Assembly (NCBI GenBank): GCA_963772565.1
Contig: CAVYXU010000015.1
Location: 4,306-68,305 of the forward strand
Direction: 5' to 3'
DNA length: 64,000 bases
Source: an uncultured Chloroflexia bacterium
Lineage (GTDB): Bacteria; Chloroflexota; Limnocylindria; Limnocylindrales; CSP1-4
The notes under the pieces were generated by a model. The model was not told where the DNA came from, did not search any database, and saw only the letters and a list, made by a program, of their open reading frames with translations. The position numbers and the translations under genes were made by a program. Positions 47,153-56,486 of this stretch are shown here, in pieces (the stretch's first letter is position 1; every line of letters begins with the position of its first letter).

Positions 47153-48388
47153 TCAGCCCCCGGTCGACTCGCGCCACATCCGGACGCCTCCACCGAGCTC
47201 CTTGACCGCGTACATCGCGGCATCGGCGCGCCGGCGGAACTCGAGCTCTGTCTCCTTCGCCTGTGGCTCGATCAGGGCGACACCGACGGACGCCCCGACC
47301 CGCATCTCGCCGATGTCGGTCGAGTACGGCGCAACAATGGTGGTGTGCAGCCGCTTCGCGAGGCGCTCTGCGGTCACCTCGTCGGGAACGCCGGCCAGCA
47401 GCACCACGAACTCGTCGCCGCTCCGCCGGCCGGCCGCGTCGTTGGCCCGGATCGCCCCCCGCAGGCGGAGGCCGACCTGGGCCAGGACCTGGTCGCCGAC
47501 ATGGTGATCGCGAGCGGCGTCGTTCACGGCCTTGAAGTTGTCGAGGTCGATGAACACGTATGCGGCGCTCTCGACCCCGCGCCGCGCCCGGTCGACCGCC
47601 TCGACCGCGCACGCCGTGAACGCCGTCATGCTGAGCACGCCAGTCAGCTCGTCCCGCCGGGTCTGCTCGGAGGCACCCGACGCTCGCCACAGGGCAAGGA
47701 CCATCACGGTGCACACGATGGGCCCCCACCAGCCGACCGCGATGTAGGCGACCGTGAGGAGCCAGCCGAGCAGGGTCTCCGCGATCGTGCTCGTCCGGAA
47801 CGACTCGTCGAACAGGGCCAGCGTTTCGCGCACCGTGATCCCGTCACGGAGCACGATCGTGCCGGCCGCGAGGCCCACCGTCACGGCCACATAGATGAAC
47901 GTCCCGGCGAGGACGGCGACGAGCGTGAACCCCGAGTTCCCGGCCAGGCCGAGCGCGTCGCCCGTGGCGCCGAGGACCAGGATGACGAGCCCGCCCACGA
48001 TCGCCCCCAACGTGAGCGCAGCGTGGTTCGCGAGGATGCCGTACCAGGGCGTCTCCTCGAGCTCATGCCTGTCGAACGAGGAGATCATCGCGACCCAGCC
48101 ACCGGCAACCGGGCCACCGAGCGCCATCGCCGCGACGACGAAGGGCATGTGGAACGTGAACACGCCGTGCCCGGACGGCTCACGCACGATCCGCGCAGCG
48201 CCGGCGAGGCCGAACAGCGTCCACAGCACGACACCTGCCGGCAGGTCAACCCCGGGACCGAGAGCCGCGATCGCGATCTGGGGGGAGACCGGGACCAGCA
48301 GCGTCACCAGCATCAGCGCTCCGGCACCGATCACGATCGTGGCCGACGTGTACAGGGGCAACAGGAGGCTGCGGGCCCCGTCCGCCAT
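47153..48388 (-). CDS. Membrane-anchored diguanylate cyclase (GGDEF domain; active-site variant SGDEF).
   Basis: An N-terminal multi-TM region is followed by a GGDEF fold (FIDLDNFKAVND..., RRSGDEFVVLL). The start could be at 48436 instead. Confidence 0.8.
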   Translation of the reverse strand: MADGARSLLLPLYTSATIVIGAGALMLVTLLVPVSPQIAIAALGPGVDLPAGVVLWTLFGLAGAARIVREPSGHGVFTFHMPFVVAAMALGGPVAGGWVAMISSFDRHELEETPWYGILANHAALTLGAIVGGLVILVLGATGDALGLAGNSGFTLVAVLAGTFIYVAVTVGLAAGTIVLRDGITVRETLALFDESFRTSTIAETLLGWLLTVAYIAVGWWGPIVCTVMVLALWRASGASEQTRRDELTGVLSMTAFTACAVEAVDRARRGVESAAYVFIDLDNFKAVNDAARDHHVGDQVLAQVGLRLRGAIRANDAAGRRSGDEFVVLLAGVPDEVTAERLAKRLHTTIVAPYSTDIGEMRVGASVGVALIEPQAKETELEFRRRADAAMYAVKELGGGVRMWRESTGG

Positions 48389-48745
48389 CAGGGCCTGTTC
48401 CCTCGACGTGCGGAACCGAGCCCGCGTCAGGCGCATCGGATGCCTCGGAGCGCGATCGGGCCGCGCCTGCGCCGCAGCTCGGGGGCGTGGCGAGGCGCTC
48501 GCGAGCCGCCTGCCGTCCACGCCACGATCATCGATCTCTCCCTGGCGACCCTGAGTCGCGGATCCTCGGTCGCCACATGTCGCAATGAAACCCCAAATCG
48601 CCGCTCAGATCACCCAACCAGTGGTCCTGACGAGGCTCGATACCGTGCGTGCACGCACCACGTGAGCGCCGGGGTCGGGACGATCGTCTCATTGACGGCG
48701 CTCGGCACTTGACGCCACCGTTCCCGGATCGGGCACCATGCGCAG

Positions 48746-50188
48746 GTGAGCGACGCGCGCGCCGACGAGCCAGCCGGCAACCGAATTCTGGATGCCGGCC
48801 CGGGGGCCGACCTGCCGCCGCATCGCGACCCCGATCCCCACGCAGGGCCCGACGATGCGTCGTCGGGCGGGCACGCGCCTGTCGAGGCCGTGCGCGGCCG
48901 CACCGCCCGCCGCCAGAACCGCGGGGCGGCCATCGGGCTGATGGCGCTCGTCGTCGCCCTCGCCTTCGGCGCCGGGCTGGCCATCGGTCGCGCCAGCGTC
49001 CCGGCAACGCCGGTCGGGTCGCAGCCGGCCGGATCCCTCGCGCCCGGTGCGGCGTCGGCGGTTCCGACGGCCGGCGCGGGGCTGCCGTCCGACGGACCGC
49101 GGCTGGGGCGTGCCGACGCAACCGTCGTGATCGACTACTGGGCCGACTACCAGTGCCCCTTCTGTGCGCGGTTTGCCGAGACCGTCATCCCGGAGCTCAC
49201 GTCCCGGATCGCCGACGGGACGGTCGCACTCGTCCACCGCGACTACGCATTCCTGGGCGACGAGTCGGTGGACGCGGCGGTCGCCGTTCGGTGCGCCGGT
49301 CGCGAGGACAAGTTCTGGGCCATGCACGACGCGGTCTACACCGCCCAGCAGGGCGAGAACCAGGGTGCCTTCGCGCGCCCGAGGCTGGCCCAGATCGCCG
49401 CAAGCGTCGGCCTCGATGCCGCGGCCTTCGATGCGTGCATGGACGACCGATCCGTGCTGGTCGAGGTCCTCGACGACACGTCAGCCGGCGTCCGGTCCGG
49501 CATCGTGTCCACGCCCACGATCGATGTCAACGGCACCCGGTTCCCCGGCGTTGACGATGTCTCGAAGCTGATGGCAACGGTCGATGCGGCTGCAGCCGGC
49601 GCCTCGCCTGCGGCGCTTCCGACACCGGTGTCGTCGCCCGACCCATGGAGCGGCGTGGTCACGAACGGGCGCGCGGCCGGCGACGCGGCGGCTGCCGTCT
49701 CGGTTGAGCTGTGGATGGACTATCAGGCGCCCGGATCGGCGGTGGTCGCCACCGAGCTCGAACCGATGCTGCGCACCCGGATCCTCGCCGGGAGCATCCG
49801 AGTCGAGCAGCACGACCTGGCGACGCTGGGCGACGAATCCGTCCTTGCGGCGGCTGCGGTGCGGTGCATCGCCCGCCAGGGCGGGCCGACCTGGTTCACC
49901 CACGACGTGCTGGCCGCCGCGGCGCAGGGAGCGGGTGCCGGGATCTTCACGACCCGGAACATCCTGCGCTTCGGGTCCCGCATGGGTCTCGACGTCAGCG
50001 CGCTCAGCGCCTGCCTCGACGACCCCGCCATCGTGGCGGACGTCACGGAGGACACGGCTGCGGGTGATGCGGCGGGGCTCTCGAACCCCCCGGCAGTCGT
50101 CGTGCGGCGGGGAGGGCTGGAGGTGGCCCGCTTCTCCGGCACCCTGGACGTCACGGCAATCCTGGCGGCGATCGACGGGGGGAGCTGA
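48746..50188 (+). CDS. Membrane-anchored protein with tandem DsbA-like thioredoxin domains (first with CPFC, second lacking CxxC).
   Basis: Domain 1 is VIDYWADYQCPFCARF. Domain 2 is VELWMDYQAPGSAV. There is an N-terminal TM anchor. Confidence 0.75.
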   Translation: MSDARADEPAGNRILDAGPGADLPPHRDPDPHAGPDDASSGGHAPVEAVRGRTARRQNRGAAIGLMALVVALAFGAGLAIGRASVPATPVGSQPAGSLAPGAASAVPTAGAGLPSDGPRLGRADATVVIDYWADYQCPFCARFAETVIPELTSRIADGTVALVHRDYAFLGDESVDAAVAVRCAGREDKFWAMHDAVYTAQQGENQGAFARPRLAQIAASVGLDAAAFDACMDDRSVLVEVLDDTSAGVRSGIVSTPTIDVNGTRFPGVDDVSKLMATVDAAAAGASPAALPTPVSSPDPWSGVVTNGRAAGDAAAAVSVELWMDYQAPGSAVVATELEPMLRTRILAGSIRVEQHDLATLGDESVLAAAAVRCIARQGGPTWFTHDVLAAAAQGAGAGIFTTRNILRFGSRMGLDVSALSACLDDPAIVADVTEDTAAGDAAGLSNPPAVVVRRGGLEVARFSGTLDVTAILAAIDGGS

Positions 50189-50200
50189 CCCGCGCGGGTC
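50187..50200. terminator. Short palindrome between convergent genes.
   Basis: gacccgcgcgggtc lies in the 39-bp gap between 50188 (+) and 50228 (-). Confidence 0.3.
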
Positions 50201-50227
50201 CCGTGTCGGGCGTCCCGTCCCGGCGCG

Positions 50228-50932
50228 CTACAGGTCTGCGACGCTGATGATCCCGCGCCGGATCGCGTACTTGAGCAGCTCGACCCGGTCGTGGAAGCCG
50301 AGCTTCTCCATGATGTTCGCCCGGTAGTTGTGAACGGTCTGCTCGGACAGGTGGAACACCTTGGCGATCTCGCGGTTGGTGTGCCCGACCGCCGCCAGCA
50401 GCAGGACCTCCTTCTCGCGGTCGGACAGGTTGGCGTAGGCGTCCTCGAGCGAGCCGTCCGGGCTGCGCAGGACGTAGGTGTTGACCATCCGGGTCACGAT
50501 CGCCGGGCTCACGTACGTCTGCCCCCGGCTGACCGAGCGCACCGCGGCCAGGATGTCGCCCGGTTCCGCCTCCCGCGTGAGGAACCCATCCGCACCGGCC
50601 TTGAGGGCCAGGCTGAACTGCTCGCTGCCGCTGCGGCACTCGAGGGCGAGGACCTTCGCGCCGGGCTTTGCCGCACGGATCTGCTCGATGGTCTCGAAGG
50701 TCGTCCCACCGCTCCCAGCGGTGAACGGCAGGCATTCCGCCACGACGATGTCGGCCGAGGCCTGGCCCAGGCTGTCGTCGAGGCTCTCACGATCCGGAAC
50801 GATGCCCACCACGCGCATGTCGAGCTCGTCATCGATCACGGACCGGAACCCTTCGACGAGCATCGGGAAGTCGAAGATCGCAAGCAGGACCCCCAGCTTG
50901 CCGACTCCGGAACCTGTCCCGTTGCTCGCCAC
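50228..50932 (-). CDS. NarL/LuxR-family response regulator with an atypical receiver domain.
   Basis: The C-terminal LuxR HTH is LSDREKEVLLLAAVGHTNREIAKVFHLSEQTVHNYRANIMEKLG. In the receiver domain the phospho-acceptor position reads VVAECLP (Glu for Asp) and the conserved Lys position reads FLTRE (Arg). I take the GTG start at 50932; ATG 50860 is an alternative. Confidence 0.7.
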   Translation of the reverse strand: MASNGTGSGVGKLGVLLAIFDFPMLVEGFRSVIDDELDMRVVGIVPDRESLDDSLGQASADIVVAECLPFTAGSGGTTFETIEQIRAAKPGAKVLALECRSGSEQFSLALKAGADGFLTREAEPGDILAAVRSVSRGQTYVSPAIVTRMVNTYVLRSPDGSLEDAYANLSDREKEVLLLAAVGHTNREIAKVFHLSEQTVHNYRANIMEKLGFHDRVELLKYAIRRGIISVADL

Positions 50933-51196
50933 CCCAGCCCTCGGCTTCCATTTGCGCGCGTGCGCGATCCCTGCGTTCCGGGACCGCAAGGCCAACTCTC
51001 GCGCGCCTCGATGGCCAACTGACGGGCCATCGGTCGCGTTGCCGTCCCCTCCGGGTCCACTCCGACCGGGACCCACGGGCCCCTAGGCCCGGGCCCTTCG
51101 GGTCGCTCTCGGGCACGGCTGCGGGCGGGTGTCCACCGGCAACGCGCGTTGCCGGGCAACCGACGGCCGTGCACTTCAACCGACGGCCGTCGCGAA

Positions 51197-52483
51197 ATGG
51201 GCGACGCTCGTCGCCCTCGTTTGACGCTCGACGCCACCGGGCACACGCTTGCCCACGTGCATCGTCATCGGCTGGCTGCCCTGGGGTTCATCGTCGCGTT
51301 GATCGCGGCCGTGGCGGGCTGCGATTCCGGATCGGCCGGCCGGCTGACGACCATGTCCGCCGGCGCGACGGCGCAGCCGGAAACCCCGGTCCCGACGGTG
51401 CACCCGGTGCCCGGGCACGAGGTCTATGGATTTCTCCCGTACTGGGAGATGGACGACACCATCGCCGCATACGTCAACACGACCTTCCTCACGACGCTCG
51501 GCCTGTTCTCGGTGACGAATACACGCGATGGCTCGATCGACACCAGCCAGAACGGCTATCGACGGATCACCGGAGATATCGGGGCGCAGCTGATCCGTGA
51601 GGCAAGGCAGCGCGGCGTCCGCACCGAGCTCGTGTACACGAGCTTCGGGACCGACCGCAACACCCGGCTGTTCGAAGACCTCGCGCTCCAGGACGCCACG
51701 ATCCGGAGCCTGGTCGGCCTCGCCGCGCGGCTCGGGGTCGATGGTGTCAACGTCGATGTCGAGTCGCTCCCGCCGACGCTGGTGCCTGCCTACGGCGCGT
51801 TCGTCGGCCGGTTGCGGAATGCCGTCCTCGCGGCGAATCCGGAGGACCAGGTCTCGGTGGCGACCGCCGCGAACACGCTGGGTGCCGCGATGGCGGTCGC
51901 GGCTGCGGACGCCGGCGCCGATCGGATCTTCCTGATGGGCTACGACTATCACTCGGCCGGATCGAGCCCCGGCGCCTCGGCGCCGCTCGTCCGGCGCGAC
52001 GGCAGCGCGAAGACCCTCCGCTGGTCGCTCGACCTGTACGCGGACCTGGGCGTGCCCGTCGACCGGACGCTGCTCGGCCTGCCCCTCTACGGCATGGTGT
52101 GGCCGGTTGCCGGCCCCGTGATCGGGGCACCCCGGACGGGGCGGGGCGCCCCGTGGATCCCGCGTCAGCACCTCGACGTGCTTGCCGACCCGGCGATCGT
52201 GCCGCTTCGGGACGAGATCGAGGTCGTCGAGGTGTACCTCCTCGCTTCGGACGGCTCGATTGGAGCCCCGATGGAACCGGCCTCGGGAGGGCCGCTGGGA
52301 CCCGAGACCCGGAGCTGGCGAGCGGTGTACATCGACTCGCCGGCGACCCTCGCCGTCAAGCTCGCGCTGGCCAACGACCGGGGCCTCGCGGGGGCGGGCC
52401 TGTGGGCAGTCGGGTACGAGCGCGGCCTGCCCGGCTTCACGGACCTCATCGGGCGCTTCGGCGCCGGAGCGCCGCTTCCGTAG
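51197..52483 (+). CDS. Glycoside hydrolase family 18-like lipoprotein.
   Basis: The lipobox is AAVAGC. The catalytic-motif-like stretch is DGVNVDVE (DxxDxDxE). Confidence 0.7.
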   Translation: MGDARRPRLTLDATGHTLAHVHRHRLAALGFIVALIAAVAGCDSGSAGRLTTMSAGATAQPETPVPTVHPVPGHEVYGFLPYWEMDDTIAAYVNTTFLTTLGLFSVTNTRDGSIDTSQNGYRRITGDIGAQLIREARQRGVRTELVYTSFGTDRNTRLFEDLALQDATIRSLVGLAARLGVDGVNVDVESLPPTLVPAYGAFVGRLRNAVLAANPEDQVSVATAANTLGAAMAVAAADAGADRIFLMGYDYHSAGSSPGASAPLVRRDGSAKTLRWSLDLYADLGVPVDRTLLGLPLYGMVWPVAGPVIGAPRTGRGAPWIPRQHLDVLADPAIVPLRDEIEVVEVYLLASDGSIGAPMEPASGGPLGPETRSWRAVYIDSPATLAVKLALANDRGLAGAGLWAVGYERGLPGFTDLIGRFGAGAPLP

Positions 52484-52498
52484 GTTCCGGGGCCTGCC

Positions 52499-52798
52499 TC
52501 AGGTGCCGGCGATCGCGTGATCCGACGGCGCGAGGGCCACGGGCTCCGTTCGAGGCACCAGCAGCCACGTCGGGATCGGGCCCTTGCCCTTCACGTCGAC
52601 CAGGCCGCGGGACTCGAAGGCGAACACGCCGCCGCTCGCCGGGTTCGCGTAGATGAGGTACCCGTCGCCGTCGACACGCAGCACCGGGTTCGGGTTGTCG
52701 TCCGGGAAGCGGTTGATCGCGCTGATCTGCTCGCCGGTGAGGCGCGCGGTGCCGGCGTGCGACGGTCCAGGAGTGGCTCGGGGGACACGTCCTGCCAT
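52499..52798 (-). pseudogene. Gene remnant: a PAS-like fragment fused to the C-terminal tail of a class III nucleotidyl cyclase.
   Basis: DDNPNPVLRVDGDGYLIYANPASGG is followed directly by VFAFESRGLVDVKGKGPIPTWLL. There is no catalytic core. The ORF is 99 aa. Confidence 0.25.
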
Positions 52799-52989
52799 CG
52801 TCAGATCCTGGGGGAGACGTCAAACGAACGGCGAAACGTCGCATCCGGACCGGAGCAAATGGCCCTACGCGAGCAGGCCGGTCGCGGCTGATGCTGCCCT
52901 CTGCACCCAGCGTCCTGCGCTTCATCCGCTCACGATCGGCGGCCGCCCAACGGGTCGACCTCGCCGGTTCGCCCTGGAGGGTTCGCACC

Positions 52990-53466
52990 ATGGTCACGGC
53001 CCAGCACGCCATCGACGACTTCCTTGCTCAGCCGCGCATCGCGGTCGCCGGCGTGTCGCGCGAGGCCGCGGGCCACGGGGGCAACGTCGTGTACAAGCGG
53101 CTGCGCGACCGCGGCTACCAGGTGTTCGCGGTCAACCCGAATGCGGACACCATCGAAGGTGACACCTGCTATCGGGACCTGCGTTCGATCCCCGGTGGTG
53201 TCGACGCCGTGGTGATCGCGACCGCACCGGACGCTGCCGAGTCGGTCGCCAGGGAGTGCAAGGAGCTCGGGATCACGCGCGTCTGGATGCACCGCTCGTT
53301 CGGGGCAGGCAGCGTCTCGGCCGAGGCACACGAGTTCTGCCGGACAAACGGGATCGCGTCGATCGCCGGCGGCTGCCCCCTGATGTACGGCAGGACATCG
53401 GACGGCGGCCACCGGATGATGCGCTGGTGGCTGGGCCTGCTCGGCCGGCTGCCCCGAGAAGCCTGA
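52990..53466 (+). CDS. CoA-binding domain protein (YccU/YneT-like).
   Basis: RIAVAGVSREAAGHGGNVVYKRLRDRGYQVFAVNPNADTIEG is typical. Confidence 0.8.
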   Translation: MVTAQHAIDDFLAQPRIAVAGVSREAAGHGGNVVYKRLRDRGYQVFAVNPNADTIEGDTCYRDLRSIPGGVDAVVIATAPDAAESVARECKELGITRVWMHRSFGAGSVSAEAHEFCRTNGIASIAGGCPLMYGRTSDGGHRMMRWWLGLLGRLPREA

Positions 53467-53468
53467 CC

Positions 53469-53855
53469 GTGTCCGGGGCCCGGGAAGACCGCCCGGCTGG
53501 TCGTCGCGCCTCCCGCGCCATCGCGCTGACCCTCGTCCGCGCGGGGCACTCGGGCGTGTTCCTCGTCGAGCTGGCAGCGATCCTGTGGCTGGTCATCACC
53601 GGCATCGTGGGGCGCCGGGACCGAACCGTCGGAATCGCGGCGGGCCTGGTGGCGATCGAGGGTGGGGTGTTCCTTGCCGGTCGGGGCGTGTGCCCGTTGA
53701 CGCCCCTCGCAGAGCGGCTCGGCGCCCGCCGCGGCTCCGTATCCGACATCTTTCTGCCGGACCCGATCGCGCGCACGATCCCGATCTGGTCGTCCGCGCT
53801 GCTCGTGATCGCCGCGGTCCTGCACCTGCGCGGGCTCGCGAGCTCCGCACGCTGA
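53469..53855 (+). CDS. Small membrane protein (DUF2784-like).
   Basis: A GTG start lies 3 nt after the upstream stop. There are two to three TM helices. Confidence 0.5.
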   Translation: MSGAREDRPAGRRASRAIALTLVRAGHSGVFLVELAAILWLVITGIVGRRDRTVGIAAGLVAIEGGVFLAGRGVCPLTPLAERLGARRGSVSDIFLPDPIARTIPIWSSALLVIAAVLHLRGLASSAR

Positions 53856-54303
53856 GACGAGGATCGGGGGGTGCCCCGCGTCCTGATCGCGGGGCGGGCC
53901 TTTCCGTCCAGGAAACGATGAGGTGCGTGCAGCCGTTCGCTCGCCAGGGAGCTCCGGGTCCGCGCCCGGGATCGTGCGCCCCGACGGCCGGTTCAACGGC
54001 GCCGACTTGGCCACCAAACGTCGAGATGCGTCTTCGGGCAGCTGGTCCTGGCCAAGCACGCTGCCCAGCTGTAGGTGGCAACAAATCCCACGCTCCCGGC
54101 CGATACGACGGCGCCTGAACGTTGGGTGGCCAGATCGTCGGCGGGTGCCGCGAGATGCGACCTATCCGATCGTTTTGTGGCCAGGTGTCAGTTGCGGTGC
54201 CACTCGCAAATGTCGGACGCGGTTGTCGCGGCGTCGATGCCGGGCTGGACCGGGCGGGGGCGCGGTGGCGCCGGATTGCCTCCGCGAGCGTGCCGGCGCC
54301 CGT

Positions 54304-54597
54304 TCAAGCTCGCGAGGCGCCCACCACGATGTCTCCCTGCTCGGGGTGGCGCTCGAGATATGCCTTGACATACGGGCAGATCGGGATCACCCGAAGCTCG
54401 CGGCTACGCGCGTCGTCAAGCGCGAAGCGGACGAGCTGCGCGGCGACCCCGCGACCCTCGTGGCCGGCCACCGTCTCCGTATGGACCAGCGCGATCCGGC
54501 CCCGCTTGAGCACGTAGTCGATGAAGCCGGCAAGCTCGCCGCCGTCCCGGGCTTCGTATCGCTGCGCGTCGGCGGCATCGGTGATCGCAAGGCTCAT
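54304..54597 (-). CDS. Small GNAT-fold acetyltransferase-like protein (about 97 aa).
   Basis: MSLAITDAADAQRYEARDGGELAGFIDYVLKRGRIALVHTETVAGHEGRGVAAQL.... Only the C-terminal 97 aa of the 316-aa ORF are accepted. Confidence 0.6.
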   Translation of the reverse strand: MSLAITDAADAQRYEARDGGELAGFIDYVLKRGRIALVHTETVAGHEGRGVAAQLVRFALDDARSRELRVIPICPYVKAYLERHPEQGDIVVGASRA

Positions 54598-54682
54598 CGA
54601 CGCGATGGTACCCGCGCACCCGTGCGCGTGGCGCGGCGGCTCGTGTCCCGGCGTCTGGTCCGCTGTGCCACCCGCGGCCCGA

Positions 54683-55666
54683 TCAGGGGATCGCCCGGAA
54701 CAGCCTCCGGAACGTCGGCCGGAAGCCGAGCCTGGGCCACGTGCGGCTCGACAGCAGGTTGGTCTCGCGCCAATCGGTGACGACGGTCTCGTAGCCGGCG
54801 TCGCGCGACCAGGCGAGCACCGCCTCGCCGAGCGCGCGTCCGGCGCCCAGGCCGCGCCCCTCGGGCAGCACGGCCGCGAAGCCCAGGAACCCGGCGTGCT
54901 CAGGCCGGACGATGCCCTTGTGCTCGGACGACTCCTCGATCGAGCAACCCACCGCCGAGCCGATGACCAGGCCGTCGTGCTCGGCAACGAACGTCGTGAA
55001 CCGGGGATCGTCGAAGTCCTCCTCCAGCTCGTTGACGGCGTCCTCGAGCGCCGGCATCCGCTGCCCGCTGAACACCGGGGACAGCGCCTGGTGCTCCGGC
55101 AGCACGAGATCGAGGCGGCCCAGGATCGGAATGTCGCGGCGCTCCGCCCGGCGGACCCGCAGATCGTCGGGAACCACGAACACCTCGTCCGGCCCGGGTA
55201 CCTCGCGGATCGCGTGAACGTGCTGCTGGCCGAAGCCGACACCGAACCATGCATCCACGACGCGGGGATCCGTCGCCGGCACGACGGCGTAGTGGCTCAC
55301 GATGCCGGATTCAACCCAGCGCGAGGCGGCGAAACCGTAGAGGTCGCGGACGAGTTCCGGCTCATCCGCGATGACCGCATGACCGGCGCCCTCGACCCAG
55401 GTGTTCGGGCCCCACATCGGGGCTCGCGGCGTGCCGACGAGATAGCCGATGAGCCTGCCGGCCCGGAGCGCGACGGCGCCCGACGCGCCATCCACGGTGA
55501 GGAGGCGCTCGATCTCGGCGCGCGCGGCGGTCCGATCCTCGTAGCCGGGCGCGAGCCCCGGTTCGATGATCCGTTGCGCACGATGCCGGTCTGCAAGGAG
55601 CTGCGCGGCGTCATCCAGGTGGGCGTCCTCGAAGGTGCGCAGCTCGAGCGCGATGCCGCTCCTCAC
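54683..55666 (-). CDS. Tandem-GNAT N-acetyltransferase.
   Basis: There are two acetyltransferase folds. GAAGGAGG lies 6 nt upstream of the GTG at 55666. Confidence 0.75.
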   Translation of the reverse strand: MRSGIALELRTFEDAHLDDAAQLLADRHRAQRIIEPGLAPGYEDRTAARAEIERLLTVDGASGAVALRAGRLIGYLVGTPRAPMWGPNTWVEGAGHAVIADEPELVRDLYGFAASRWVESGIVSHYAVVPATDPRVVDAWFGVGFGQQHVHAIREVPGPDEVFVVPDDLRVRRAERRDIPILGRLDLVLPEHQALSPVFSGQRMPALEDAVNELEEDFDDPRFTTFVAEHDGLVIGSAVGCSIEESSEHKGIVRPEHAGFLGFAAVLPEGRGLGAGRALGEAVLAWSRDAGYETVVTDWRETNLLSSRTWPRLGFRPTFRRLFRAIP

Positions 55667-55787
55667 GCAGGCCCTCCTTCGTCGTCGGTGACATCCCGGC
55701 ATCCAGCATCCGGCGGAGGGACGATATCGAACTCGCGGGCGCGTCGTGCCCCCCCACGCGCGAGAACGGCCGAGGGCACCATCGAAT

Positions 55788-55835
55788 TGACTGACTAGTC
55801 AGTCATGCATAGGATGATGACTGAACGCTCAGTCA
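55788..55835. promoter_or_regulatory. Two operator-like palindromes in the divergent GNAT/TetR intergenic region.
   Basis: The first is a perfect 18-bp palindrome, TGACTGACTAGTCAGTCA, at 55788-55805. The second is TGACTGA-ACGC-TCAGTCA at 55818-55835. The half-site TGACTGA is shared. Confidence 0.7.
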
Positions 55836-55847
55836 GTGAGGTAGGAC

Positions 55848-56465
55848 ATGGCACCGGAGACTGACCGCGGGCCCGAGACGACGAGGGCCGCGAGCACGGC
55901 TCGCGTGCTCGACGCGGCGAGATCGCTGTTCGCCGAGCGCGGATTCTCGGCCTGCCGGGTGACCGACATCGCGCGGCAGGCAGGGATGAGCTCCGGCAAT
56001 GTCTACTGGCTGTTCGAATCGAAGAACGCGATCCTGCGCACGATCCTCAACGACGGGCTCGCGGCGCTCGAGGCGTCCGTCGGCGTGGTCGCCGACGAGT
56101 ACGGCCCGGCGCGCCGCAAGCTGGACCTCCTTGTCGCCCGGACGATCGACTTCTACCGGCACAACGGGGCCTTGATGACCATCCTCGGCAGCCTCAACGG
56201 CGAGGGCGGTCAGGAGCTGCTCGCGAAGCTCGGGATCGACCGCGAGGCGATCGAACATCGGCGTCGCGCCAGCCTTCGGCGGGTGTTCGCCGAGGCGCGG
56301 TCGGAAGGAGCCGTGTCGGCCGCCGACCCCGACCTGCTGGTCACCCTCTACGTCGCCCTGTTCGACGGGCTCCTCGCCGGCGACCGAGGGCGATGGATCA
56401 AGATCCCGCCCGACGACCTGCGCGACGCCGCGCTGCGGCTCGTGGGATACCGCCCCGCTGGATAG
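55848..56465 (+). CDS. TetR/AcrR-family transcriptional regulator.
   Basis: The N-terminal HTH is LDAARSLFAERGFSACRVTDIARQAGMSSGNVYWLFESK. Confidence 0.85.
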   Translation: MAPETDRGPETTRAASTARVLDAARSLFAERGFSACRVTDIARQAGMSSGNVYWLFESKNAILRTILNDGLAALEASVGVVADEYGPARRKLDLLVARTIDFYRHNGALMTILGSLNGEGGQELLAKLGIDREAIEHRRRASLRRVFAEARSEGAVSAADPDLLVTLYVALFDGLLAGDRGRWIKIPPDDLRDAALRLVGYRPAG

Positions 56466-56486
56466 ACCGCGTCGCGAACCGCCGCC

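Noticed and set aside
54304-55254. A 316-aa minus-strand ORF.
   Set aside because: Only the C-terminal 97 aa (54304-54597) look like a real small GNAT-like protein. The N-terminal 219 aa are Arg/Ser-rich and overlap the tandem-GNAT gene in another frame.
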